Position numbers and translations under genes: made by a program
Notes under the pieces: model-generated
The model's database searches: none
The model's input: the letters and a program-made list of their open reading frames with translations, nothing else
Told to the model about the DNA's origin: nothing
Shown: positions 50,032 to 60,586 of the stretch, piece by piece
Layout of the letters: each line of letters starts with the position of its first letter
Numbering within the stretch: position 1 is the first letter of the stretch
DNA from: a bacterium
GTDB lineage: Bacteria > Chloroflexota > Dormibacteria > Aeolococcales > Aeolococcaceae
Length of the DNA: 64,000 nucleotides
Direction: 5' to 3'
Assembly (NCBI GenBank): GCA_014874355.1
Contig: JACWAJ010000028.1
Location: 489-64,488, forward strand

Positions 50032-51254
50032 CGCCGTGCTTCAATCGCGCGCCGGGTACGCTCCTGGGCTGACGGCAGTGCCGCTATGACATCGCTCGCG
50101 AGGCCACCGGAGCGACCCTGTTCGCGCTGCACCGCCCTCCCCGCCTCGGCGTGGATCGTGACCGCAGCCACCCCGGCGGCATAGGCGTCCATTCCCTGAG
50201 CCAGCATTGCGCCTACGACGCCCGCAAGCACATCACCCGTGCCCGCCGTGGCCAGTGCCACGACATCATGCGAATCGGTGTACGACCGGCCGTCAGGCGC
50301 CGCCACAACGGTATGTGCCCCCTTGAGGACGACCACCACCTCGTGCCGGGCAGCGAAATCCTTTGCGACTCCAAGCCGATCCGCCTGCACCTCGGCAACG
50401 GTGGAGGAGCACAACCGTGCCATCTCCGCAGGATGCGGGGTCAGCACCGTGGGACCCGGCCGGCGCCGCCAGTCGACATTCTTGGCCGCCGCCGTGTTGA
50501 GCCCGTCGGCGTCAACGACCATCGGCAGTGCAAATCGCGACAGCACCTCGATAACCGCACGCTGCGCACCAAGCGTCTGTCCCAAACCGCAGCCGATGAC
50601 CACCGAACTGGCATGCGTGGCCTCGTCGATCCACCGCCACAACATGCCGCTGAAACCACCGTCTTCGTCGGGAATGGACGTGACCATGACTTCGGCACAC
50701 TTCGCCGCGACCACTTGGTATATCGACTCGGGAACCATGAGTTGAACCAGGCCGGCTCCGCCACGAGCCGCTCCCATGGCTGCGAGATAGGCGGCGCCGC
50801 TGTAGCTTTTGGAGCCGGCGGCAACGACTACGAGCCCGAACGAACCCTTGTGCGCCGCAGCGCTTCGGTCCGGAAGGATCACGCCCTGAATCTCGTCAAC
50901 GGTCAGCGGGGCATCGGTGGCCATTGCCACCGCAACGGCAGTGTCTCCCTCATGAGACAGCGACAGGGCCACCGGCTCCGCCCACCCACGAACGTGTGCC
51001 CAGGGAGCACCGCCGGCGGAGATTTCCACCTCGATGTCGAGCCATCCTGGCAGGGGCACCTCAGCGGCTCCGGCCAGCTTGCGAACCGCCTCCTTGGCGG
51101 CCCACCGCGTCGCCCAGCGTTGTGCCTGATCTGCGCAGTGCGCCCGCTCCGCACCGGTAAACGCTCGCCACGCGAATTCGGGACGCTTCAGGCGCAATGC
51201 ATTGACCCGGCTAACTGTGGTGATGTCGATTCCAAGGAGCGGTTTTGTCGGCAT
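50028..51254 (-). CDS. bifunctional holo-ACP synthase (AcpS) / ADP-dependent NAD(P)H-hydrate dehydratase (YjeF-C, NnrD)
   Basis: N-terminal 120 or so aa: LGIDITTVSRV...AAKEAVRKL...SLSHEGD (AcpS). Then HKGSFGLVVVAAGS...GAAYLAAMGAARGGAG...TGDVLAGV (carbohydrate-kinase-like YjeF_C). Confidence 0.75.
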   Translation of the reverse strand: MPTKPLLGIDITTVSRVNALRLKRPEFAWRAFTGAERAHCADQAQRWATRWAAKEAVRKLAGAAEVPLPGWLDIEVEISAGGAPWAHVRGWAEPVALSLSHEGDTAVAVAMATDAPLTVDEIQGVILPDRSAAAHKGSFGLVVVAAGSKSYSGAAYLAAMGAARGGAGLVQLMVPESIYQVVAAKCAEVMVTSIPDEDGGFSGMLWRWIDEATHASSVVIGCGLGQTLGAQRAVIEVLSRFALPMVVDADGLNTAAAKNVDWRRRPGPTVLTPHPAEMARLCSSTVAEVQADRLGVAKDFAARHEVVVVLKGAHTVVAAPDGRSYTDSHDVVALATAGTGDVLAGVVGAMLAQGMDAYAAGVAAVTIHAEAGRAVQREQGRSGGLASDVIAALPSAQERTRRAIEARR

Positions 51255-51263
51255 AGCGCAAGC

Positions 51264-53108
51264 CTATTCGACTGTGACCGACTTGGCGAGATTCCTGGGC
51301 TGGTCGACGTCGCAACCACGCACCACTGCGATGTGGTACGCGAGGAGTTGCAGCGGGACCACCGTCAACAAGGGACTGAAGAGTTCGTCGCAGACCGGCA
51401 AGCTCAAGACATCCCGGGCCGCGGCAGCGTCGAAGGGGTTCTCCCCTTCTGTGACCAAGGCGATCACAGGCGCATCACGGGAGCGAACCTCCTGTACGTT
51501 GCTCACAACCTTCGGCAGCGTCTGCGACCTCACGGCGATGGCCACCACCGGCACGTCGGGTGACAGCAGTGCTATGGGACCATGTTTGAGTTCTCCGGCC
51601 GGGTACCCCTCGGCGTGTACGTAGGAGATCTCCTTCAGTTTGAGGGCACCTTCGAGCGCCACTGCAACATTGATACCCCGAGCAATGTAGAGCGCATTGG
51701 TTGCGTGCGCATAGCACGGCGCCATCTCGGCCAGCTGCGGCTCCAGTTCCAGCACGCGGGACAGCTTCTCGGGCATGCTCACAAGCTCGGCCACAAGCCG
51801 TCGGTGCTCCTCGATGTCGAGGTGACCCCGAGCATCGCCCAGCCGCAATGCCAGCAGGAGGACGCAGGCAAGCTGGCCGGTAAACGTCTTGGTGGCGCAG
51901 ACAGAAATCTCCGGCCCCGACTGCATGTAGACCACACCGTCGGCTTCGAGCGCAAGCGCGCTTCCGACAACATTGGTGATGGCCACAACGCTGGCGCCCT
52001 GCCGCTTGGCCTCGCGTACCGCCGCCAGCGTGTCGGCGGTTTCGCCCGACTGCGAGATCGCCACGACCAGGGTCTTAGCGTCCACAATCGGCTCTGAGTA
52101 GCGGAACTCGCTGGCCGGCTCGACGCCAACCCGAATGCGAGCGAGGCGTTCGATGGCATGCTTGGCCACCATCCCCGCCAGTAAGGCGGTGCCACAGGCG
52201 ACGACAGCCACCGCATCGATGGCGGTGAGCGCCTGGGTGTCGAGCCCCAGGTCGGGAAGTTCGGCGAGCCCTTCCGCGCTGATGCGCCCGCGAAGCGCGT
52301 TGCGCAACGCCTCAGGCTGCTCATGAATCTCCTTGAGCATGAAGTGGGAAAACCCACCCTTTTGCGCCTGCTCAGCTTCCCAGTCGACCGTGATGACCTT
52401 CGGTTCCACGCAAGTGCCGTCCAGGCTGGTCACGACCACTTGATTCGGCGTGGCCACAGACACCACCTCACCCTCGCCAACCAGCACGACGCGCTTGGTA
52501 TAGGGGATGAGCGCAGTGATGTCACTGCTGATGAACACCTCCTCATGGCCGAGTCCCACCACAAGCGGCGCATTCAGGCGCGCACCAACGATCCGGTCGG
52601 GTTCATCGGCACTGATGACAACGAGCGCGTAGGCCCCCTGGACCCGCTGCAATGCAGTCCGAACCGCAGCCGCCAGATCCCCCGCGTGGAACTCCTCAAT
52701 GAGATGCGGCACGACCTCGGTATCGGTTTCGCTGGCAAACACATGGCCCCGGCCGATCAGTTCGGTACGCAGCTCGCGGAAGTTTTCGATGATGCCATTG
52801 TGGATGAGGTGGATCCGCCCCGTGCAGTCCTGATGGGGATGGGCATTCTCGACAGAGGGACGGCCGTGGGTTGCCCAGCGGGTGTGGCCTATCCCAAGGT
52901 GCCCGGAAGGGGCGCCTTCCCGTTCGAGCGTGGCCGCAAGGTCGGCGACTTTGCGATCGCTCTTGACAACCGCCACCGTCCCCCCATTGCCGGAATCGAT
53001 GACGGCGATGCCGGCCGAGTCGTAGCCGCGGTACTCAAGCCGGCGCAGGCTTTCGATCAGAACGGGGGTGGCCAATCGCGGGCCGGAGTAGCCGATGATT
53101 CCGCACAT
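51264..53108 (-). CDS. glmS: glutamine--fructose-6-phosphate aminotransferase
   Basis: MCGIIGY N-terminal nucleophile; two SIS domains. Confidence 0.95.
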   Translation of the reverse strand: MCGIIGYSGPRLATPVLIESLRRLEYRGYDSAGIAVIDSGNGGTVAVVKSDRKVADLAATLEREGAPSGHLGIGHTRWATHGRPSVENAHPHQDCTGRIHLIHNGIIENFRELRTELIGRGHVFASETDTEVVPHLIEEFHAGDLAAAVRTALQRVQGAYALVVISADEPDRIVGARLNAPLVVGLGHEEVFISSDITALIPYTKRVVLVGEGEVVSVATPNQVVVTSLDGTCVEPKVITVDWEAEQAQKGGFSHFMLKEIHEQPEALRNALRGRISAEGLAELPDLGLDTQALTAIDAVAVVACGTALLAGMVAKHAIERLARIRVGVEPASEFRYSEPIVDAKTLVVAISQSGETADTLAAVREAKRQGASVVAITNVVGSALALEADGVVYMQSGPEISVCATKTFTGQLACVLLLALRLGDARGHLDIEEHRRLVAELVSMPEKLSRVLELEPQLAEMAPCYAHATNALYIARGINVAVALEGALKLKEISYVHAEGYPAGELKHGPIALLSPDVPVVAIAVRSQTLPKVVSNVQEVRSRDAPVIALVTEGENPFDAAAARDVLSLPVCDELFSPLLTVVPLQLLAYHIAVVRGCDVDQPRNLAKSVTVE

Positions 53109-53142
53109 ATCGCTCCAGATAACGGACGCCGGCCACCGCTGG

Positions 53143-54132
53143 TTACGGCGGGGTTGGCGTAGGGGTCGGGGATGGCACCGGCAAGGCGATGATCTTGAGG
53201 TGCACCGTAACCGTGTCGGGGGAGACCCTCACCCCCGCCGGCGGGGCGAGCTTGATGGTAACCGTAGTGTCGGAGTTGAGGTTGGTGAGCGAAATCGCTT
53301 GCGTCGTCAGCGAATCCAGAGCATTGAGCAGATCACGAGGACCGGAGATGACAACCGTCGGCGGATCGACGGAGATACCGACGAGTTGGTAGCCGGTCGC
53401 CACACTGCCAACCGTCTCGGGCACAACCGCCGACGCACGTGAAGTCTCCACCGGGGCGATCGTGAGAATCACCCGCACGGTCGGCGGCGTTACGCCCAGG
53501 TTGCCGATCGTGGCGTTGGTCTTGGTGTCTTGGAGCCGCACCGGCACGAAGGCGTCGAGATTGGTCTTCTGGTTGCTGAGATCGAGCTGAATACTCGCGC
53601 GCACACTGCTCAGCCGGTTGTGCGGCCCGGTTATGGTCACCTTCTGCGGATCCAGGCTCTGACCGGAAACGATGTATCCCATCGGCGGTGGCGGGTTGAC
53701 CACCAGGTTGACTGGAATGTCCAGAGAATCGAGAGTGTCCACCTCGGCCACGATGTCAGTCGGAGCTCCGCCGAGTTCAACATTGGGATCGGTGACTGTG
53801 ACGATCACCGGCAATGTCAAACGACCGGTGCCATGAATGGCGGCGTAGTCGACCTTGACCACGAGCGATCGTGAGTCGAAGGCTTCGAGGTTCTCACGGG
53901 TGCCGCTGATGAGCACCTGCACGTCGGGAATCGCGTGGACAAGCAGATAGCGTGCCGGCAAAGACGCCGCATCCTGGGGAACGTGGACGGAAATGACGCG
54001 GGTCTCCGGCGGATTGGCCGCGTAGACAACACCGGCCCAGACCACACCGGACAGGCCGATGCAGACCAGTTTGAGCCGCAGGTTTCGCGACAGAATTCCG
54101 GGCAGATGCATCAGTGGCTGTGCCTCCCCCAC
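53143..54132 (-). CDS. cdaR: YbbR-domain protein (CdaR-like regulator of diadenylate cyclase)
   Basis: N-terminal transmembrane segment, repeated YbbR-like beta domains, Pro/Thr tail. It overlaps and follows cdaA. Confidence 0.7.
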   Translation of the reverse strand: MGEAQPLMHLPGILSRNLRLKLVCIGLSGVVWAGVVYAANPPETRVISVHVPQDAASLPARYLLVHAIPDVQVLISGTRENLEAFDSRSLVVKVDYAAIHGTGRLTLPVIVTVTDPNVELGGAPTDIVAEVDTLDSLDIPVNLVVNPPPPMGYIVSGQSLDPQKVTITGPHNRLSSVRASIQLDLSNQKTNLDAFVPVRLQDTKTNATIGNLGVTPPTVRVILTIAPVETSRASAVVPETVGSVATGYQLVGISVDPPTVVISGPRDLLNALDSLTTQAISLTNLNSDTTVTIKLAPPAGVRVSPDTVTVHLKIIALPVPSPTPTPTPP

Positions 54133-54974
54133 ATGCGCCCGGCCCCATTCCGAACCAACGGACCGACGACCGACCGGCCACGCTGCACCTGGGCTCCAAG
54201 CCGTTCGACCAGCAACTCGCGCAACCTGCCCGGGTCCATACCGCGCATCAACTTGCCGGCGTCAGCCACGCTGATGGTGCCGGTCACCTCGCTCACAATG
54301 AGAATGATCGCATCGCTCTGCAACGTAAGTCCGAGCGCCGCGCGGTGTCGCGTTCCGACACGACCCACGCCGGGCAGCGCATCCGCCAGCGGCAGTACGC
54401 ATCCCGCCGCCACCAGGCGGCCGTTACGCACGATGACAGCGCCATCGTGCAGCGGGGAACCCGGAAAGAAAATCGTGGTCAACATCTCGGCGGTTACGGC
54501 ACCATCGATCCGGACTCCCGACACAGCGATGTTCTCCAGCCCCGTGCCCAGCTCGAAAACCACCAGTGCTCCAATGTGCTTCTCACTGAACGCCACCGCA
54601 GCACGCAATGTCTCGTCCACCACATGGACCACCTCTGCACCGGCTTGGTGGGCTGACCATGCGTGGAAGATGCTGAGACGGCCCACCTGATCCAGCGCCC
54701 TGCGTAACTCGGGCTGAAACAGCACCACCGCTGCGATGAGGATCACCTGGCCGGCGTTGGCAAAGATGAACTCGGAGAGACGCAGGTGCAACGTCCGCGC
54801 GAAGAGACTGACCACGAGCAGAACCCCAAGGCCGGCGAGAACCTGCACCGCCTGTGTGCCCCGAATCAGGAGCAGCAACTCATAGAGCAAGAAGGCGACA
54901 ACCGCAATGTCGACGATGTCACGCCAGCCAACGCTCTCGAGGAAGATGCGTGCGTGAGTCGCAAAGTTATTCAC
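54111..54974 (-). CDS. cdaA: diadenylate cyclase CdaA (DisA_N/DAC domain)
   Basis: Three N-terminal transmembrane helices; DAC motifs DGAVIV and RHRAALG. Confidence 0.85.
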   Translation of the reverse strand: MNNFATHARIFLESVGWRDIVDIAVVAFLLYELLLLIRGTQAVQVLAGLGVLLVVSLFARTLHLRLSEFIFANAGQVILIAAVVLFQPELRRALDQVGRLSIFHAWSAHQAGAEVVHVVDETLRAAVAFSEKHIGALVVFELGTGLENIAVSGVRIDGAVTAEMLTTIFFPGSPLHDGAVIVRNGRLVAAGCVLPLADALPGVGRVGTRHRAALGLTLQSDAIILIVSEVTGTISVADAGKLMRGMDPGRLRELLVERLGAQVQRGRSVVGPLVRNGAGRMWGRHSH

Positions 54975-55120
54975 GGCGGCACCACCTCTTCCAAATGCGC
55001 AGTGCGGAATACAAGGTCATGGCTCGCTTTGAGTATAGGTTCCCACCGGGCCGCGAGGTGACAGATGCACTAAGCGCGTCAACACCGCGAACCCGATTGA
55101 ACCGTTACCGTCCTCTCCTG

Positions 55121-56131
55121 ATGAATGTCTTGGTGATCGTCAGCGGAGGTCTCGGAGAGACGCTCCAGGCCGCGCCCTTGCTCCGCAACCTACGTGCCGG
55201 TCTGCCCGAAGCGCACATCGCTCTCGCCGCACCCCAACAGGCAGCGGAGCTCGACGGCCATCTCCCCGCCGTCGACGAGATCATCTGCTTTGTCGGGCTT
55301 GAAGTTCGAGCACCGGCCAGGGGCATGGTGCGCACCTGGACGCGGCTTCGCAGACAGCGCTTCGACATTGCCATCCTCTGCTCACGACGCAGGCGTGACT
55401 CTCTGCTGGCTTACACGCTCGGGATCCCCCGCCGGCTGGGGGTCGCCCACCAGCCGGCGGGGATACTCATGAGCCACCGCCTCAAACAGGTTCCAACTCT
55501 CAACAACGCGGCCGCCTGGCTCGAACTGGCCTCTTTACTCGGTCTCGGCACTGCGAGCCAGAAACGCGACTTCATCCCCAGCGACGTTGCGCGTCAGCGC
55601 ATCGACCAGATGCTGGTTGGCGCCCACGTTGATCCGCAACACATCCTCGTCGCAATCGCCCCGGGCATGGCCGGCACCGATACGCCCGCAGTCGACCCTC
55701 AGCGGATTCTCTGGCCGCCAGAACACTACGCCCACCTCGCCAATCAGATGGCGCTTCGACACGGCGCCAGCATTGTTCTGCTGGGTCCAGAGAGCGACCA
55801 GGCGCCGGTCAACGCAGTGAAGACCGACCTCGGAGCTCCGCACCTTGATCTGTGTGGCGAACTCAATTTCGACGAAACCGCAGCCCTGCTGGCCCGTTGC
55901 GACCTGCTTGTAGGCGGCGACTCGCCATTGCTGCATCTCGCCGCGGCGGTCGGGACTGCCGCCATCGGCCTCTTCGGGCCGACCGACGGCGGGAGCCACG
56001 GACCCTACGGTTCCGCGCACCGGGTGCTTCAGGCGCTGCCCCGTCGAGGCTCCTCCAGAAACCAACCCTCCGGCTCGATCGATCAGATTCGCGTCGAAGA
56101 TGTCCTGGCCGGAATCGAAGCATCGTTGTAG
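55121..56131 (+). CDS. glycosyltransferase family 9 (heptosyltransferase-like)
   Basis: VLVIVSGGLGETLQAAPLL N-terminus and C-terminal GGDSPLLHLAAAVGT. Confidence 0.65.
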   Translation: MNVLVIVSGGLGETLQAAPLLRNLRAGLPEAHIALAAPQQAAELDGHLPAVDEIICFVGLEVRAPARGMVRTWTRLRRQRFDIAILCSRRRRDSLLAYTLGIPRRLGVAHQPAGILMSHRLKQVPTLNNAAAWLELASLLGLGTASQKRDFIPSDVARQRIDQMLVGAHVDPQHILVAIAPGMAGTDTPAVDPQRILWPPEHYAHLANQMALRHGASIVLLGPESDQAPVNAVKTDLGAPHLDLCGELNFDETAALLARCDLLVGGDSPLLHLAAAVGTAAIGLFGPTDGGSHGPYGSAHRVLQALPRRGSSRNQPSGSIDQIRVEDVLAGIEASL

Positions 56132-56145
56132 CCGACGGGCGAGCC

Positions 56146-57039
56146 CTAGTGCAACTGCGGAACCTTCCGGCGGAACATGGCCAGGTTCTCAACCGCTACC
56201 GCAGCTCCTCGCACAGCGCACCACCGCGCGTCGGGAGCCACACGCACCGCCATGCCAAGGTCGTGACTGAGCCGCCCGGCCAGGCCGGTGAGCAACGCAC
56301 CACCACCGGCCAGCAGTACACCTTCATTGCGAATGTCCTGAGCCAGACCGCCAGGGGTTTCCTCGAATACCGTGCGAATCAGTCCGGCAATGGCGGCCAC
56401 ATGCTCCTCAACTGCGTCTGATAGGTCCGCAACCGCAATCGGTTCGCCCTCGACCAACACGATCTCAGTGCTCCCGTGCCACTCACCGCCTGCCGTCGCG
56501 GCAGCCTGCACCAGTTCGGCGACCGCGGGCGCCGTCACGCCTACGCCATACCGCCCCGCAACCGTGTGTTGGATAGCTGCGACTAGATCATCCCCGCCGC
56601 GCGGGATCGCATCCGCCACCACGCTGGCCTCCAGACTGAGCGCTACCGCTTCGGACATCTGCGCGCCGATGTCGACAACCAGATGGCCCGACGGTACGCC
56701 AAGGCTGATCCCGGCCCCCATCGCCATTGCTAGGGGGGCGTCGAGCAGGTACGTTGCGCGCGCCCCGGTGGCGGCAATGAGATCGAGGAGCAGTCGCCGA
56801 TCGGTTGCATTCAGGCTTTGGGGCACCACTGTGACGATCTCGGGCTTGAAGACTAGGCGCAAGCCCCCAAGGTGGCTGACCAGACGTCGGAGCAGCGTCT
56901 CCAGTGCGGTTGCGTCGGCGATGCGGTTGCGCAGCAGTGGGCGCACGAGGAGCCTATCCTCGACGATCTCGCGCTCACCTGAGACGATGATGCGGACCCC
57001 GTCCGTACCCAAATCAATGGCAAGCTTCTTGCCCAGCAT
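56146..57039 (-). CDS. MreB/Mbl-like actin-fold ATPase (short form)
   Basis: IDLGTDGVRII, DAPLAMAMGAG, LAGGGALL. About 40 aa shorter than canonical MreB. Confidence 0.6.
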   Translation of the reverse strand: MLGKKLAIDLGTDGVRIIVSGEREIVEDRLLVRPLLRNRIADATALETLLRRLVSHLGGLRLVFKPEIVTVVPQSLNATDRRLLLDLIAATGARATYLLDAPLAMAMGAGISLGVPSGHLVVDIGAQMSEAVALSLEASVVADAIPRGGDDLVAAIQHTVAGRYGVGVTAPAVAELVQAAATAGGEWHGSTEIVLVEGEPIAVADLSDAVEEHVAAIAGLIRTVFEETPGGLAQDIRNEGVLLAGGGALLTGLAGRLSHDLGMAVRVAPDARWCAVRGAAVAVENLAMFRRKVPQLH

Positions 57040-57050
57040 CCGATGCTCGC

Positions 57051-58355
57051 TCAGTCGCCGATAACGCCGCGCAGGTCGTGTGGGAGCGTGGTGGCGTCAT
57101 CGACTATGCGACGTTCGACATCGGCGCCCAGATGCCGCAGCTTGGATTCGAGATCCTGGTAGCCCCGATCAAGATGGTAGACGTCGTCAAGTTCGGTGAT
57201 GCCCTCAGCGCACAGACCGGCGATAACCAGGGCCGCACCACTGCGAATGTCGGAGACGCGCACCTTGGCCCCGTGTAGTGGCATCGGGCCACGAACCACG
57301 GCACTGCGCCCCTCAACCTCGACCTTGGCCCCCAGCTTGACAAGTTCCTTGACATGGTGGAAGCGGTTCTCGAAGATCGCCTCGCTGACCCGGCTCATAC
57401 CTTCCGCCTGAGTCATAAGGGCCACAAACTGTGATTGCAGATCGGTCGCGAAACCTGGGTGCGGCCAGGTTGTGACGTCCACCGCGTGCATCGGCCCGCC
57501 GCGAACGCGAACATGCTCCGCTCCCTCGACAACGTCCACACCGGCGGCTCGCAGCTTGTTGATGACGAAGTGGATGTCCGCTGTGCGTACGTGATCCACA
57601 ACCACATCGCCACGCGTCGCCGCCGCCATCATCATGTAGGTGCCAGCCTCGATGTAGTCGGTGGTTACAACGTGGCGGGTGCCGTGAAGCAGGTGGTTGG
57701 ACCCCTCGACCACAATGCGCTCGGTTCCCGCCCCACTTATGCGGGCCCCCATCCCGGCCAGGCATCGCGCGAGATCAACCACATGAGGCTCGCGCGCCGC
57801 ATTGCTGATGACCGTGATGCCCTCCGCAAGCGTGGCCGCCATGATGAGGTTCTCGGTGCCCGTGACAGTCGGAATGTCGAGGTAGATATGCGCCCCGTGG
57901 AGGCGCTTCGCCCTCGCGCTGTAAGCATCAGGGCCTTCGGCAAACGTGGCACCCATGAGCCGCAAACCCTCGAGATGCTGCTCCACGCGGCGCATCCCGA
58001 TATCGTCGCCGCCCGGCTTGGCAACACCCGCCTCCCCCGAACGCGCCACAAGTGCGCCCAGTAGCAGGAATGACCCGCGCAAGCGCTGTGTCAGGTCGGC
58101 GCCAAGGGTGCACGTCGTAAGCGAGGCGGCATGAATGCGCCAGTTCCCCGGCGCCAGCTTGTCGACGCTGGCGCCGACATGGCGGAGCATCGCCGCCATC
58201 CTCTCCGTGTCCTCGATCTCGGGAACGCCCACCAACTCGACCGGCTCGTCAGTCAGCAACGCCGCGACCATGATGGGCAGGGCCGCATTCTTGCTTCCCG
58301 AAACGCTCACCGCCCCCTCCAAGGGACGGCCACCTCGAATCTGCAAACGTTCCAT
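57051..58355 (-). CDS. murA: UDP-N-acetylglucosamine 1-carboxyvinyltransferase
   Basis: SGSKNAALP; catalytic Cys loop; start set at MERLQIRGG. Confidence 0.95.
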   Translation of the reverse strand: MERLQIRGGRPLEGAVSVSGSKNAALPIMVAALLTDEPVELVGVPEIEDTERMAAMLRHVGASVDKLAPGNWRIHAASLTTCTLGADLTQRLRGSFLLLGALVARSGEAGVAKPGGDDIGMRRVEQHLEGLRLMGATFAEGPDAYSARAKRLHGAHIYLDIPTVTGTENLIMAATLAEGITVISNAAREPHVVDLARCLAGMGARISGAGTERIVVEGSNHLLHGTRHVVTTDYIEAGTYMMMAAATRGDVVVDHVRTADIHFVINKLRAAGVDVVEGAEHVRVRGGPMHAVDVTTWPHPGFATDLQSQFVALMTQAEGMSRVSEAIFENRFHHVKELVKLGAKVEVEGRSAVVRGPMPLHGAKVRVSDIRSGAALVIAGLCAEGITELDDVYHLDRGYQDLESKLRHLGADVERRIVDDATTLPHDLRGVIGD

Positions 58356-58488
58356 CGAGCCGTACGGTAGCGAAGATGTCATCTGTCGTGTGGATTCCGA
58401 CACAACCCGCTTCGCGCCTAGAGCATCCGGTCGAGCCAAACCTTCAAACTGAGAACCAATCCATTCATACGAACACGGAGGCTAGTCC

Positions 58489-59568
58489 ATGGCAACAACG
58501 GCTGCAGCCCCATCACGGGAATCTCTGGAAACTCTTCTCGGCAGTGACGCGGCCTCGCTGCTCGAACATCAATGCACCACTGTAGGCAAAGAGCATCTCC
58601 ACCTCCCCGGACCCGACTTCGTCGACCGGGTATGGGCGCAGAGCGACCGGCCGACGCGAGTCCTCCGTAGTCTGGAAACTCTCTTCGAGCATGGCCGCCT
58701 CGGCGGTACCGGCTACCTCTCCATCCTTCCGGTGGATCAGGGCATCGAACACTCCGCCGGCGCCTCCTTCGCCCCGGAACCGGCCTACTTCGACAGCAGC
58801 AAGATCGTCGAGCTGGCGGTTGAAGGTGGCTGCAACGCCGTGGCCTCCACGTTTGGCGTTCTCGGATCGATGGCGCGCAAATGGGCACACAAGATCCCCT
58901 TCATCGTCAAACTCAACCACAACGAACTGCTCACCTACCCCAACAAGTTCGATCAGATCATGTTCGGCACCGTCAAAGAGGCGTACAACCTTGGTGCGAT
59001 CGCCGTCGGCGCGACGATCTACTTCGGTTCCGATGAGGCGACCCGGCAGATTCAGGAAGTGGCCGTCGCCTTTGCACAGGCGCACGAGATGGGCATGGCG
59101 ACCGTCCTGTGGTGCTACCTGCGTAACTCGGCATTCAAGCAGGGTGGTATCGACTATCACGTCGCAGCCGACCTGACGGGACAGGCCAACCACCTCGGTG
59201 TCACACTGCAGGCCGACATCATCAAGCAGAAGCTGCCCGAGGTCAACGGCGGCTACACCGCACTCAATTTCGGCAAGACCTCTTCCAAGGTCTACGAGAA
59301 ACTCAGCACCGCCAACCCCATCGACCTCGCCCGCTACCAGGTCGTCAACTGCTACATGGGCCGCTGCGGTCTCATCAACAGCGGCGACGCCTCGTTGGGT
59401 GCCAGCGACCTCAAAGAGGCGGTGCGCACCGCCGTGATCAACAAGCGTGCCGGTGGCATGGGCCTGATCAGCGGCCGCAAGGCATTCCAGCGCCCCATGC
59501 GTGACGGCGTCGCGTTGCTCAACGCAATCCAGGACGTGTACCTGGACAAGAAGGTGACTGTCGCCTAA
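58489..59568 (+). CDS. fbaB: class I fructose-bisphosphate aldolase (FbaB type)
   Basis: Near-collinear with E. coli FbaB: [43 protein letters not shown]. Confidence 0.9.
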   Translation: MATTAAAPSRESLETLLGSDAASLLEHQCTTVGKEHLHLPGPDFVDRVWAQSDRPTRVLRSLETLFEHGRLGGTGYLSILPVDQGIEHSAGASFAPEPAYFDSSKIVELAVEGGCNAVASTFGVLGSMARKWAHKIPFIVKLNHNELLTYPNKFDQIMFGTVKEAYNLGAIAVGATIYFGSDEATRQIQEVAVAFAQAHEMGMATVLWCYLRNSAFKQGGIDYHVAADLTGQANHLGVTLQADIIKQKLPEVNGGYTALNFGKTSSKVYEKLSTANPIDLARYQVVNCYMGRCGLINSGDASLGASDLKEAVRTAVINKRAGGMGLISGRKAFQRPMRDGVALLNAIQDVYLDKKVTVA

Positions 59569-59577
59569 GCGAGATTC

Positions 59578-59617
59578 GGTAGGGGTACGGCACGCTCGTT
59601 TCGGCCGTACCCCTACC
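59578..59617. terminator. bidirectional hairpin terminator (perfect 14-bp stem GGTAGGGGTACGGC, 12-nt loop)
   Basis: Lies between the convergent fbaB (+) and GH63-like (-) genes. No U-tract, which is common at high GC. Confidence 0.5.
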
Positions 59618-59641
59618 AACCGCGGCGGACTCGGGCACTAC

Positions 59642-60556
59642 CTATCCGAGTTGGCGCGGCAGTCCGCTGGCGCGGCGCTGGGTCAACTGACGGTTCCTTG
59701 AACCCAGTTGCAGAACCCGGTCGGCCTCCGCGGCAAGTGTGCTCCAGCCTTCGGGTATGGCGCCCCGTCCGGCTCCGGTTTCAGGGTTCCAGTATTCTGC
59801 CCAGTTGGCTTTGACCGCTCCCCGCACCAACATGCTCGCCAGCCGTCGCGCATCCTGCGTACGGCCACGTTGCTCGCAGGCAGTCATCAGTAGATACGTT
59901 AGTTGCGGCCAAGCCGGGCCGCGCCAGTACTCGTCGGGGTTGAAGCCGGGTTCGTCGATGGCCGTGGCCGAAGGTCCATAGGGGCGTCCGAAAGCGCGCG
60001 GATCGAAGATCTCGGCCAGGGCTTTGTCGACGTGATCCGGGTTGGAACTGACCAGCACGGGCAGCAATGCTTCGAGGGTGCGAACTTCTGTCGAGCTGTG
60101 CGGACCGGCGATACAAACGTCGCCCCAAGTACGCTTGGCATCCACCCAGCGCTGATCGATGGCCACCGCCAGCACATCGGCCTTGGCCAGAAGTGCCTTG
60201 TCGCCGGTGATGGCCGCCAGTTCCCGGGCATTGAAGGCAACCAGTGCGCCAAACGCAACCGAACCGACATCGAAGCCAGGATTGCGCACCGCGGCACCAT
60301 CTTCGAGTTTTGCGGAGTCGACCCACTCCCGCTTCTTGGCGTTCCAAGCGACCTTGTCGAACGCACCGGGCAGGCAGCCGTCGAAACGAGGACTGTTGTC
60401 GCAACCCGTCTCCCACGGGTGCACGACGCGGATCAGCCCACTCTTGGGATCGAGACGGTGATCGAAGAGGTAGTTGATGCCGAGAGTGGCGTTCGCCCAG
60501 AGGTGATCGACCTTGAATCCACGACTCTTGAGCTGTCGCAGCGCATGCCCATACAT
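59642..60556 (-). CDS. GH63-like glycoside hydrolase C-terminal domain (glucosyl/mannosyl-glycerate hydrolase-like), apparently N-terminally truncated
   Basis: Motif VHPWETGCDNSPRFD (GH63 ESGxDNSPRxD). Only 304 aa. It is in frame with the upstream ORF through a single TAA. Confidence 0.5.
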   Translation of the reverse strand: MYGHALRQLKSRGFKVDHLWANATLGINYLFDHRLDPKSGLIRVVHPWETGCDNSPRFDGCLPGAFDKVAWNAKKREWVDSAKLEDGAAVRNPGFDVGSVAFGALVAFNARELAAITGDKALLAKADVLAVAIDQRWVDAKRTWGDVCIAGPHSSTEVRTLEALLPVLVSSNPDHVDKALAEIFDPRAFGRPYGPSATAIDEPGFNPDEYWRGPAWPQLTYLLMTACEQRGRTQDARRLASMLVRGAVKANWAEYWNPETGAGRGAIPEGWSTLAAEADRVLQLGSRNRQLTQRRASGLPRQLG

Positions 60557-60586
60557 CGGCGCCGGGGTGGCTTGTTGGCAACGCGC

